A DNA stretch of 64,000 nucleotides, from positions 9,788-73,787 of the forward strand of contig CAZNEH010000001.1 of assembly GCA_964572175.1 (NCBI GenBank). The letters are read 5' to 3'. Of this stretch, positions 55,050 through 64,000 are shown in pieces. This DNA is from an uncultured Gammaproteobacteria bacterium. Its GTDB lineage: Bacteria; Patescibacteriota; Patescibacteriia; UBA9570; CAZNEH01. Each line of letters begins with the position of its first letter. The first letter of the stretch is position 1. The notes beneath the pieces were generated by a model. It saw only the letters and a program-made list of their open reading frames with translations, was not told where the DNA came from and did not search any database. A program made the position numbers and the translations under genes.

Positions 55050-55988
55050 CTAAGCTTGTTCGATAAGATATTTGATAATTGCTTTTTGGGCGTGCATCCT
55101 GTTTTCAGCTTGGTCGAAGATTAAAGCGCTAGGATGGTCAACAGCGTCGCGAGTGATTTCATAACCCAAGTGACAAGGCATACAGTGCATGATCTTAGCT
55201 TGAGGGCAATATTTTTCGATTAATCCAGCGTTTAATTGAAAAGGTTTGAATTTTTCAATCCGAGCGTCGTATTCTGCTTTGAATTCTGGTTTTACTTCAC
55301 CGTCTTCAAAAAATTCCATGTCCATCCAAGTGTCGGTATGAACATAGTTAGTGTCTTTTAAGGCTTCTTCTAAATCAGTAGTGTAGGTAACTAGGCCAGT
55401 GTCGTTAGCTTGTTTGTTTAATTCTTCGTCTACACTAGCTTCGTTTACTTCTGGAGCGCAAATAGCTACTTCAATACCTAGTTTAGCGCAAATAAGTTTT
55501 AAAGTATTAGAAACATTATTTTCGATTCCGAGCCAAGTTACTTTTTGGATGTTTTCAATTCCACCGGCGTCTTCGGCCATGGTTAGAACATCAGCAAAAG
55601 ATTGGCAAGGATGATATTTTTCAGAGCAAGCGTCAATAACTGGGATTTGGTTTTGGGCAGCGGCAGTAACTACATCGTCTGCTTTTACAGCTCTAAACAT
55701 TAAACATTGGCCATATCTCATTACGGCTTTGATTTCGTCTTTAAATTCTGTTAAAGCAAATTGAGTGGTTCGAGAATCTAGGAAGATTCCGTGTCCTCCT
55801 AGCTCGGTCATTCCAGCTTCAAAAGAAAGACGAGTTCTAGTAGAAGTTTTTTGGAAAAGCATTACTAGAGTTTTGTTTTTTAATAACCCGCCATACTTTT
55901 CTTTGTCTGCCTTAATAGCCATGGCTTGGTTAATAACGTCTTTGATTTCCTCCGCGCTCCAGTCTTTTAGTGAAATTAAATGTTTCAT
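55050..55988 (-). CDS. arcB: Ornithine carbamoyltransferase family
   Basis: STRTR, HPCQ, HCMP, QAENR; adjacent to carbamate kinase. Confidence 0.8.
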   Translation of the reverse strand: MKHLISLKDWSAEEIKDVINQAMAIKADKEKYGGLLKNKTLVMLFQKTSTRTRLSFEAGMTELGGHGIFLDSRTTQFALTEFKDEIKAVMRYGQCLMFRAVKADDVVTAAAQNQIPVIDACSEKYHPCQSFADVLTMAEDAGGIENIQKVTWLGIENNVSNTLKLICAKLGIEVAICAPEVNEASVDEELNKQANDTGLVTYTTDLEEALKDTNYVHTDTWMDMEFFEDGEVKPEFKAEYDARIEKFKPFQLNAGLIEKYCPQAKIMHCMPCHLGYEITRDAVDHPSALIFDQAENRMHAQKAIIKYLIEQA

Positions 55989-55997
55989 GTTTTTATT

Positions 55998-56022
55998 GAG
56001 ACGCGATGAATCGTGTCTTTAC
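55998..56022. repeat. REP-like palindrome
   Basis: GAGACGCGATGAATCGTGTCTTTAC. Confidence 0.5.
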
Positions 56023-56032
56023 TAATTATTAT

Positions 56033-56923
56033 TTATTTTATTATATGGGTTCCGGTTTGGTTTTGCAAGGCTTCTAAAAGTTTAAATGGGTGAGTGATGA
56101 TTACTTTTTGGCCGCCAGCTTTAATAAAGTTTATAGCGGCTTCTATCTTGGGTAACATACTGCCAGGAGAAAAATGATTTTCTGAAATATATTTTTCTAA
56201 TTGAGTTAGATTTATTTCTCCTAAGCATTCTTGGTCCGGAGTGTTGAAATTTAAGCAAACTTGTTCTATGTCAGTTAAGATTACAAAGATGTCGGAATTG
56301 GTTTCATTAGCCAGTAATTGGCCGGCGCGGTCTTTGTCAATTACGGCGTCAACGCCTTTTAATTTATCATCTTCTTTGATTACGGGAATTCCGCCGCCTC
56401 CGCAAGCAATAGTTAAAATATTTTGGTCAATTAATTTTTTAATGGTCTCTATCTCGATTATTTCTTGAGGCAGGGGAGAGGCAACTATTTTTCGATAGCC
56501 GCGACCAGCATCTTCGATCATGGTTTCCCCTTTTACAGGTTCTTTATAAAAAGGGCCCACTGGTTTAGAAGGTTTTTTAAAAGACGCATCTTCTTTATTA
56601 ACTAAGACTTGAGTAACTATAGTAGCGGCTTTGATGTTTTGGTTGGTTAGAGATTGTTGAATTAAATAACCGATTTGTCCTTGGGTTTGGGCTCCGCACA
56701 TAAACATAGGTAAGGCAGGGACTTGTTTTTTTCCAGCTTCGTGTTGGATAAGTAAGTTTCCAACTTGAGGGCCGTTTCCATGAGCAATGATTATTTGGTG
56801 ATTTTGGTGAAGCTCCGCGATTTGAGCCATAGTTTTATCAATGTTTTCGGCTTGTTCTTGATAAGTGCCCTTTTGTTTAGCGCTAATAATGGCGTTTCCG
56901 CCTAAAGCAATTGTAATCCTCAT
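56033..56923 (-). CDS. arcC: Carbamate kinase
   Basis: ALGGNA, HGNGPQVG, AVIDKD, GSMLPKI. Confidence 0.95.
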   Translation of the reverse strand: MRITIALGGNAIISAKQKGTYQEQAENIDKTMAQIAELHQNHQIIIAHGNGPQVGNLLIQHEAGKKQVPALPMFMCGAQTQGQIGYLIQQSLTNQNIKAATIVTQVLVNKEDASFKKPSKPVGPFYKEPVKGETMIEDAGRGYRKIVASPLPQEIIEIETIKKLIDQNILTIACGGGGIPVIKEDDKLKGVDAVIDKDRAGQLLANETNSDIFVILTDIEQVCLNFNTPDQECLGEINLTQLEKYISENHFSPGSMLPKIEAAINFIKAGGQKVIITHPFKLLEALQNQTGTHIIK

Positions 56924-56988
56924 ATAATTTTATTAAAAATAGAAAACACCCTGAATGGGTGTCTTCTATTATATCAAACGATATAGGG

Positions 56989-58119
56989 TTAGTAAACTCT
57001 AAGGCGGACGCGGTTAGAGATTGTTTCTCCACCGCTATTTTTTACTTTAAAGTAGTAAATTCCTTTTTTATTTGGCTTTACTTTACGATAATAATAGCCG
57101 TTATCGTTTAAAGTTTCTAAATCAGCTTTTTGAATTAAGTTATATCCTTTAACACCTAGTTTTTTACGATAAAGCTTTAATTCTTCCCCGGCTTCTTGAT
57201 TTTTATACCATCCGTATAATTTAGCGGTTTGGCCTTTTAGTTGAGCCTTGCGCTTTAGGGCGGCGCTCATCTCAGAAGCTTGTTTAGCAAAAGCAGTTTT
57301 AGAAACAGTGGTTGAGGACATAGTGCTGCTAGATACAGAAGTAGCGGTGCTTCCAGAAAAAGTTACATTAATATCAAAGATTATTCCACCGTCATCTGTA
57401 ATAGTGTTGTTGATATTGGCTTGATAATCATCAATGTAAAGAGCTAGATCTTCAGCAGTGATGGTTTCACCACTCATGGTGCTCATTAGATCAAGCATAG
57501 TAGAAGGCATGTAAATACCGAAGTATCCAGTTTCTCCAGCAGGTCCATTTAAAGTTAGGCCAAATCCCATTTCTTCTGGTCCAGAGGGAGGAAAGATTTC
57601 CCAATCATTAATATCACAGTAGATGTAGCCGCCAGCCATAGATGCTGGAGGACCTACTGTTTCTGGGCTTTCTAGGGTTGGGTCTGCAACTGGGTCTATG
57701 AATACAAAGGCAGATTCGCTGCTTTCAGTGGTTTGTCCAGGAATCATGAATTGATCTGCTTCCCAAACAACAGTGGCTTGGGAGGTTGTAGAATCCCAGG
57801 TGTAAGAACTTATTTTCCCTCCGCTAATTAAAAGCATTGGGGCATAAGTGTAATCAGAAACAGTAAATACGCCGGTCATCACAGTGCCGACTAATGCATC
57901 GGCATAGCTTACTCCAAAGGTGTCTTCGGTAATTCCAGCTTCAGGCGGCATAGATGGGGTGTCAGCCACGGTTAGGGCGTCGGCGACTCCATCAGAGTCT
58001 AGGTCAGCAGAGCCAGTATAGGTGATACTGTCTACACTAACTTCATAGGCATAAGCGCCCATGGGAGCTAATAATAAAACAAAAGCTCCGATAGCCATAA
58101 TAAAGAGAGCTTTTTTCAT
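56989..58119 (-). CDS. Secreted acidic protein with basic C-terminal domain
   Basis: Signal peptide; paralog of 60604..61686. Confidence 0.75.
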   Translation of the reverse strand: MKKALFIMAIGAFVLLLAPMGAYAYEVSVDSITYTGSADLDSDGVADALTVADTPSMPPEAGITEDTFGVSYADALVGTVMTGVFTVSDYTYAPMLLISGGKISSYTWDSTTSQATVVWEADQFMIPGQTTESSESAFVFIDPVADPTLESPETVGPPASMAGGYIYCDINDWEIFPPSGPEEMGFGLTLNGPAGETGYFGIYMPSTMLDLMSTMSGETITAEDLALYIDDYQANINNTITDDGGIIFDINVTFSGSTATSVSSSTMSSTTVSKTAFAKQASEMSAALKRKAQLKGQTAKLYGWYKNQEAGEELKLYRKKLGVKGYNLIQKADLETLNDNGYYYRKVKPNKKGIYYFKVKNSGGETISNRVRLRVY

Positions 58120-58183
58120 AGGTTTCTCCTTTAATTTTTAGATGTTTTTATTATATCATATTTTGTGCTATAATATAAACATT

Positions 58184-59230
58184 ATGGAGGAAATCTTAAA
58201 TTATTATTTGTGGCAAGAAGAGGTACTAGGTAATTTAGTGCAAAATTATTTATTTTGTTTTATCACTTTATTTTGTTTGGTTTTATTTTTTGGGGTATTT
58301 AAAAAGTATTTAGTTCATCGTTTAGAGAAGTGGGCTCAAAAAACAGAGACAGAATTTGATGATATTATAGTTGATCTAGCCGGGTCTATTAAGATTTGGT
58401 TTTATTTTTATACAGCTTTATGGCTGAGTTTGTTTTGGCTGGAAATAAACACCACAGCGCAAAGAGTGTTGAATGTTTTATTTATAATTTTAGTTTTTTA
58501 TCAAGGAGTAAAATTTGTGCAGGCGTTGATAGAGTATTTTGCTAGCCAGAAATTTGATCAAGAAAAAGAATATAAGAAAAAAGTTGATTTATTAAGTAAG
58601 TTGGCTCAAGGGGTAATGTGGGCTTTGGGATTGTTGTTAATTTTATCTAACTTAGGAATTGATATTAATGCTTTGATCGCGGGTCTGGGAATTGGAGGGA
58701 TTGCTATAGCTTTAGCTTCACAAAATATTTTAGGAGATTTATTTGCTTCGTTTACAGTTTATTTGGACCAGCCGTTTGAATTAGGAGATTTTATCGTAGT
58801 GGGCAAGGAGTCTGGAACTGTAGAAAAAATAGGAATAAAAACAACTCGTTTAAAAGCAATGACTGGAGAGGAAATTATTATTGCCAACAAAGATGTTACT
58901 AGTGCCCGGATCAAGAATTATCGTAAGATGAAAACTAGGTTTGTGACTTTTGATTTAACTCTAGATTATAAAACTAAAAAAATAGAAAAAATACCTGATT
59001 TAATTACTCAATCTGTAAAAGGGATTAAGGATGTGAAGTTTAATAGGGCTTTATTAAAAGAATTGGGAAGTTCTGGAATTGTTTTTAATATTGCCTATAC
59101 GGTTCAGTCTCGAGATTGGCAAAAATACTTGGAGATAAATCAAGAGGTATTATTTAAAATAAAACAAGCTCTGGATAAAGAAAAGATTAAATTAGCTTAT
59201 CCAACTCAAACTATAAATATTAATAAATAA
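58184..59230 (+). CDS. MscS mechanosensitive channel
   Basis: GLGIGGIAIALASQ, PFELGDFI, LAYPTQ. Confidence 0.95.
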   Translation: MEEILNYYLWQEEVLGNLVQNYLFCFITLFCLVLFFGVFKKYLVHRLEKWAQKTETEFDDIIVDLAGSIKIWFYFYTALWLSLFWLEINTTAQRVLNVLFIILVFYQGVKFVQALIEYFASQKFDQEKEYKKKVDLLSKLAQGVMWALGLLLILSNLGIDINALIAGLGIGGIAIALASQNILGDLFASFTVYLDQPFELGDFIVVGKESGTVEKIGIKTTRLKAMTGEEIIIANKDVTSARIKNYRKMKTRFVTFDLTLDYKTKKIEKIPDLITQSVKGIKDVKFNRALLKELGSSGIVFNIAYTVQSRDWQKYLEINQEVLFKIKQALDKEKIKLAYPTQTININK

Positions 59231-59234
59231 AATT

Positions 59235-60560
59235 ATGCGTGGAGGAAAAATTTTAGGCCTAATAATAATTATGGCTTTTGTTTTTTGTTTAGCCCCGACT
59301 GCTATTTACGCGGCAGATTTAGATGGAGATGGTATAAATAACGCTGACGATCTAGACGATGACGGAGATGGGTATCTAGATTCTATAGAAAAGAAAAAAT
59401 ATCGCAAAGATACTGATAATGACGGAATTAAAAATTCTAAAGATAAAGATGATGACGGAGATGGTATTAAAGACACAAAGGAGGATGATGGAGAGGAATT
59501 AGATGGGGACAATGATGGTATTTTAGACGAAAAAGAAAACAGAAAGACTAAATCTAAGAATGATGAGGATGCTGACGGTATTCCAGATTGGATAGAATTG
59601 AAAAAATATCAGAATAATCATGATAATGATAAATACAAGGACAAAAAAGATACAGATGATGATCAAGATGGAATAAAAGATTCAAAAGAATCTAAAAGTA
59701 ATAGGCTTAATCATGATAATAATGGGAAAAAAGATAAATTAGATACCGATGATGATAATGATGGATTTGATGATTATGAAGATACTGCTGGGCATTTTAA
59801 TCATGATAATGATAAAAAAGATGATAAAGCAGACACTGATGATGATAATGATGGAATAAGTGATAAAAACGATGATTATTCTTGGGATCATGATAATGAT
59901 GGATTATCTGACTTAAAAGACACAGACGATGACAATGATGGGATTAGTGATGAGGATGAGCCAGAAGGTTATGCTTGGGATCATGATAATGATGGACTAA
60001 AAGATAAAAAAGACACAGATGATGATAATGATGGTATTTATGATTGGGAAGATGAGTATTTCTGGGACCATGACAATGATGGAATGGATGATTATGATGA
60101 CTGGGATGATGATGGAGATGGAATCCCAGATTGGGAAGATGAGTATTTTTGGGATCATGATAATGATGGGACTGATGACTGGCTAGATGATGACGATGAC
60201 AATGATGGGATTTATGATTGGGAAGATATGTATTCTTGGGATGAGGATAATGATGGAACAGATGATTGGATGGATGAAGATTATGAGGGAAATGATGAAT
60301 GGGAAGACTATGATTATGAAAATTATAATCCAGAAGAAGACGGAATGCCAGATTGGGATGGTGAATGGGAAGAAGATGGAGTAGAAGTTCCCGGAGATGA
60401 TGAAGAGGGTGAGATGCCTGAGGATGATACAGAAGAAGTGCCAGGTGATGACACAGAAGAGGATCCTGGAGACTACCCAGATGATGAAGATCCTGGAGAT
60501 TATCCTGATGAAGATCCTGGAGATTATCCTGAAGATCCAGAAATACCAATAAGTTTATAA
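59235..60560 (+). CDS. Secreted thrombospondin-type-3-like Ca-binding repeat protein
   Basis: DxDDDNDGI / WDHDNDG repeats. Confidence 0.8.
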   Translation: MRGGKILGLIIIMAFVFCLAPTAIYAADLDGDGINNADDLDDDGDGYLDSIEKKKYRKDTDNDGIKNSKDKDDDGDGIKDTKEDDGEELDGDNDGILDEKENRKTKSKNDEDADGIPDWIELKKYQNNHDNDKYKDKKDTDDDQDGIKDSKESKSNRLNHDNNGKKDKLDTDDDNDGFDDYEDTAGHFNHDNDKKDDKADTDDDNDGISDKNDDYSWDHDNDGLSDLKDTDDDNDGISDEDEPEGYAWDHDNDGLKDKKDTDDDNDGIYDWEDEYFWDHDNDGMDDYDDWDDDGDGIPDWEDEYFWDHDNDGTDDWLDDDDDNDGIYDWEDMYSWDEDNDGTDDWMDEDYEGNDEWEDYDYENYNPEEDGMPDWDGEWEEDGVEVPGDDEEGEMPEDDTEEVPGDDTEEDPGDYPDDEDPGDYPDEDPGDYPEDPEIPISL

Positions 60561-60563
60561 AAC

Positions 60564-60594
60564 AAAAGACCCTGATCTATTCAGGGTCTTTTTT
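60564..60594. terminator. Bidirectional terminator
   Basis: AAAAGACCCTGA-TCTAT-TCAGGGTCTTTT. Confidence 0.8.
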
Positions 60595-60603
60595 GTTTGA
60601 GTA

Positions 60604-61686
60604 TTATTTAGTAACTCTAACTTTTTTAACGTTAGTGTACTTCTTTTTCTTTGGCCAATAAACTTTATAAGAAGCAGTTTTCTTTTTCATGGCTGGCCTG
60701 AATTTGAAGTAGCCATTATTGTTTTTTAGAGTAGAAACGTCTTGTTTTACCCATTTTTTCTTACCCAAGGCTTTTCGCCATAAAGACACTTTTTGGTTTT
60801 TCTTACCGTTTTTAATCCATCCAAAACAAGTGAATTTATCACCCTTAGCTTTGCGATAGCTTTTACAAGCAAAGGTACGAGCAGCTTGTTCGCGAACTTT
60901 TACTTGTTTAGTGATTTGTTCTTCTTCTCCGCCAGTACGGCTAGCTAAAGAAGAAATTTTAGTAGTGTTTTCGGAAAAAGTCACTTGGATATCTACTAAA
61001 GCTCCGCCAGTTGTTTCAGTAATAGATAAAGAAGCTTGGTCATCATCTAAGTAAACGGCTAAGTCTGTCCAGTCTAATTCTTCGTCAGCCATTTCACTGA
61101 GCATGTCTTTAGTTCCATCAGACATAAACATTTGAAAAAATCCAGATTCTCCAGTAGTTCCTGAAAGTTGGTATCCGAAGTAAGGAGTGCCTCCATTTTC
61201 ATCAGAGGGAGGAATAAGATTCCAGTTCATTAAATTAGTAGCCATCCAAGAGCCATTCATATCTGTTGGGGGTCCATCTTCTTCTTCAGTTTCAGCAGCC
61301 CAGACAATGGCAATGCCAAAGGGGCTATAAGGGGTAAAATCTCCAGAGCCTTCAATGTACCCAGTATGCTCGGTGCTAACAGTAATAGTTTCGGCAGTAG
61401 AATCGTAAGACCAGTCTTCCATAGTTCCGCCAGTGATTACTACCATGACTGGCTCCTCTGAAACAGAGTAGACTGCAGTGTAGACTTGACCAATGGTGCC
61501 GCTAAATACGTCTAAAGATACTCCTTCAGGAGCATCGTCGTCTTGCCCGGCTAAATCGTTGATGTTAGTAGCATCTGGGGTGATGCTGACTAGCTCTGCG
61601 GTTTCATCTCCAAAAGCTAGGGCTGATCCAGGAAGGATCAAAAAAGCCATCATTAAAACCAATAATGGCAAAATAAACTTTTTCAT
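60604..61686 (-). CDS. Secreted acidic protein with basic C-terminal domain
   Basis: Signal peptide; paralog of 56989..58119. Confidence 0.75.
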   Translation of the reverse strand: MKKFILPLLVLMMAFLILPGSALAFGDETAELVSITPDATNINDLAGQDDDAPEGVSLDVFSGTIGQVYTAVYSVSEEPVMVVITGGTMEDWSYDSTAETITVSTEHTGYIEGSGDFTPYSPFGIAIVWAAETEEEDGPPTDMNGSWMATNLMNWNLIPPSDENGGTPYFGYQLSGTTGESGFFQMFMSDGTKDMLSEMADEELDWTDLAVYLDDDQASLSITETTGGALVDIQVTFSENTTKISSLASRTGGEEEQITKQVKVREQAARTFACKSYRKAKGDKFTCFGWIKNGKKNQKVSLWRKALGKKKWVKQDVSTLKNNNGYFKFRPAMKKKTASYKVYWPKKKKYTNVKKVRVTK

Positions 61687-61749
61687 AGTTTTCTCCTTTA
61701 ATTGTTATAAATATTATGTTATTATTAGTATATCATTAAATATAAAAAT

Positions 61750-62589
61750 ATGAAAAAATTGTTACTAATTTTGCCTTTAGTTGTTTTGTTATTAATGGGG
61801 GCAAGTTGTACTGATCAAGATGATCAAACTGGAGATACAAGTGAATTAAAAGCAGAAAAATTTGAATTAGGCCAAGGACAGACTTTATTAAATTTAAGTG
61901 ATGGTTGGGATTCTGTAGTAGATGAATCTGCAGAGCAAGAAGCAGTGGGTCAAGAAGAGACTTTAGACGAAGACGAGTGGAAAGGGGATCCAGCTCAAGT
62001 GTTAAAAGAAATTTATTTTTCTGGGCCAGTTTCTGGGCAAGTAATGAACCAGGCGCATCATTTAGAAAACTTAGGAGCGACTTTAAAAGGAATAATGGTG
62101 GTTTATCAAGACGGGTCTATTGGTGGAACAGGGACTATTACTTATAACGATGCTAATAGAGTTTGTAAGATAGATATGGGAACAGAAGGAGTTATAGAGT
62201 GTAAATATGCTGGAGTTACAGACGGGACCTTTAATTTAACTGGTGAGATAGTAGATTCTGAGCAGGCTTGTGATTATAGTGAAGAGTGGCTAGGCAATGA
62301 GAATTATCGTTTTAAAACATTTTTTAGCTCAGACCAGAATCCTACAGAAAAAATTAGCTATATAAATAATATTTCTGGGTTAATCCAAGATTTAGATAAT
62401 TATGAGCTACATCAGATTTTACATGCGGGATTATTTGGTCGCAGTCATATGATTTGTCCAATTTTATATGATCCACAGACTTTAAATTTATCAAGTAGCC
62501 AGGCTTCTGGAGAGTTTACTATTGAATTTACTGATGATTTTGGGCAGTTTCAGGATTTACGAGAGACAATGGGCTTAACTGTGCAATAA
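61750..62589 (+). CDS. Lipoprotein, hypothetical
   Basis: LLMGASC lipobox. Confidence 0.75.
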   Translation: MKKLLLILPLVVLLLMGASCTDQDDQTGDTSELKAEKFELGQGQTLLNLSDGWDSVVDESAEQEAVGQEETLDEDEWKGDPAQVLKEIYFSGPVSGQVMNQAHHLENLGATLKGIMVVYQDGSIGGTGTITYNDANRVCKIDMGTEGVIECKYAGVTDGTFNLTGEIVDSEQACDYSEEWLGNENYRFKTFFSSDQNPTEKISYINNISGLIQDLDNYELHQILHAGLFGRSHMICPILYDPQTLNLSSSQASGEFTIEFTDDFGQFQDLRETMGLTVQ

Positions 62590-62593
62590 TTAT

Positions 62594-63484
62594 ATGAAAA
62601 AAGTATTAATATTAGCTATATTTTTACTGTTGGTTGGAGCTAGTTGTGGAAAAGAGGTGGGGGAAGAGTATAATTGGTCAACCATGGACGAAGGACCTTA
62701 TAAAGATAAGGTTTCTTATGCTACGAGCGCGGATTTGCTGCATTGGACAGATTCTGAAGTAATTTTAGCAGAGCATGCCTCAGTACCAGGAGTTATTTAT
62801 AAAGATGGAGTAATTTATGTTTATTTTACTGATGTATCTACAGATGGGATTGTTGAGCAATTAGGAATGATAAAATCTGAGGATGAGGGTAAGAATTGGA
62901 GTGAGAAAAAGATTATTGATATCCAAGGCATTGAAGATAGGGTCGCTATTGATCCGGCGCCACTAGTAACCGAAGATGGAAAAATTAGATTATATTATTT
63001 TGATGGAGAGGGAGCTAAAACTTCTTCAGAGCATAAAATATATTCGGCTATTTCTGAAGATGGAGAGAATTTTATTCAGGAAGATGGGGTGCGCTTAACA
63101 AATGATTTTGTTTATGATCCAGATGTTCAAAAAGTAGGCGACAAGTATTACATGTATATTGGTGATATTCAAGGAAATGTGGTGGCTTATGCAGAATCTA
63201 GTAATGGACTTGATTTTGAGTTTAAAGGAGTTGTTTACGAAGGAGGAGCAGTGCCAGATGTTTATTTTGATGGTCAAAAATATTATTTATACATTTCTGG
63301 AATTGATATTTTAACCTCAGAAGATGGATTGAATTTTCAAAAAAATGGTTACTTATTCAGGTCTAATATTGGCGAGGTTACATCTGATGCATCAGTGATA
63401 AAATTAAAAGACGGAACCTACATGATGTTGTATAAAACTAAAACAGATCCGATTCCAAGGAAAATGTTTGAGGAAAATAACTAA
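62594..63484 (+). CDS. Lipoprotein with five-bladed beta-propeller glycosidase-like repeats
   Basis: LVGASC lipobox; DP..Y.YY and SEDG.NF repeats. Confidence 0.7.
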   Translation: MKKVLILAIFLLLVGASCGKEVGEEYNWSTMDEGPYKDKVSYATSADLLHWTDSEVILAEHASVPGVIYKDGVIYVYFTDVSTDGIVEQLGMIKSEDEGKNWSEKKIIDIQGIEDRVAIDPAPLVTEDGKIRLYYFDGEGAKTSSEHKIYSAISEDGENFIQEDGVRLTNDFVYDPDVQKVGDKYYMYIGDIQGNVVAYAESSNGLDFEFKGVVYEGGAVPDVYFDGQKYYLYISGIDILTSEDGLNFQKNGYLFRSNIGEVTSDASVIKLKDGTYMMLYKTKTDPIPRKMFEENN

Positions 63485-63529
63485 ATATGTTATAATAAAT
63501 TTGATTTTATAATAATAAATTTTTAAGTT

Positions 63530-63892
63530 ATGGCAAAAAAAATACTGATTGCTGAAGATGAGCGGCCGATTGCTAAAGCAATCGAGTTAAAACTTAAAGG
63601 AGCGGGTTATGAGGCGGTGGTGGTGAATGATGGAGAGGCAGCTTTAAGAATATTAGAAGAACAAAAATTTGATTTAATAATGTTAGACTTGGTTATGCCC
63701 AAGAAAACTGGATTTGATGTTTTAGAGGATTTAAAAGAAAAAGGTGATAAAACCCCAGTAATTGTGACATCTAACTTGAGCCAAGAAGAAGATTTGAAAA
63801 AATCTAAAGAATTAGGAGTAGTTGATTATTTTGTAAAATCTGATACACCATTAGTAGAGATTATTCAAAAGGTTTCCAATTACTTAAAATAA
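63530..63892 (+). CDS. Single-domain response regulator receiver
   Basis: ILIAEDE, LDLVMPKKTG, YFVK. Confidence 0.95.
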   Translation: MAKKILIAEDERPIAKAIELKLKGAGYEAVVVNDGEAALRILEEQKFDLIMLDLVMPKKTGFDVLEDLKEKGDKTPVIVTSNLSQEEDLKKSKELGVVDYFVKSDTPLVEIIQKVSNYLK

Positions 63893-63922
63893 AAAATAGT
63901 TCGATAAACTCACTATAAATAT

Positions 63923-64000
63923 ATGGAGGAACAACAAATAAGAGAGATTTTAGTTCAAGGAAACTATGTTTCAGCAGAAGATATGAAAGCTGCTGATACC
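63923..64000 (+). CDS. Partial CDS, possibly the N-terminus of a GspE/PilB ATPase
   Basis: MEEQQIREILVQGNYVSAEDMKAA resembles an MshEN-type N-terminus; truncated by the window. Confidence 0.35.
   Translation, partial: MEEQQIREILVQGNYVSAEDMKAADT

Noticed and set aside
59944-60549. His-rich 201-aa antisense ORF
   Set aside because: Shadow of GAT/GAC Asp repeats on the coding strand.
1-64000. Alternative genetic code (UGA recoding)
   Set aside because: Conserved genes are full length under code 11, Gly and Trp use normal codons, and tRNA-Trp has a CCA anticodon.

Overview
AT-rich bacterial window, probably Patescibacteria/CPR (inference from gene content, the scarcity of Shine-Dalgarno sites and the many secreted repeat proteins). 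It uses the standard code. (1) A ~7.15 kb island (58-7218) splits the resident tRNA-Thr(GGT) at its anticodon loop and carries its own complete, divergent tRNA-Thr(GGT). It also carries two tyrosine recombinases, HEPN/Schlafen/DUF4238-like cargo and a pseudoknotted leader RNA. (2) A locus at 11300-11900 has a long kissing-loop RNA leader, an unannotated 55-aa ORF and a convergent antisense RNA, next to a defence-like gene. (3) Housekeeping and envelope genes include tRNA-Tyr/Thr/Trp, rpmG, transketolase, greA, rlmN, arcB/arcC, MscS, an ECF sigma with two SigW-like promoters, and many surface proteins. (4) The most striking signal is an array of nine short GC-rich genes (42190-45975), plus three solitary units of the same design at 10.8-11.15, 25.9-26.2 and 27.9-28.2 kb. 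The units share a TTGAC(T/A/C)-N16-18-TA(A/G)GGT-type promoter, a purine-rich RBS, a GC-rich ORF that is often a Zn-ribbon protein and mostly ends in TAG, and a family-conserved 3' hairpin plus T-tract. No rRNA, CRISPR array or reverse transcriptase was seen. All calls are by eye; no searches or folding were run.
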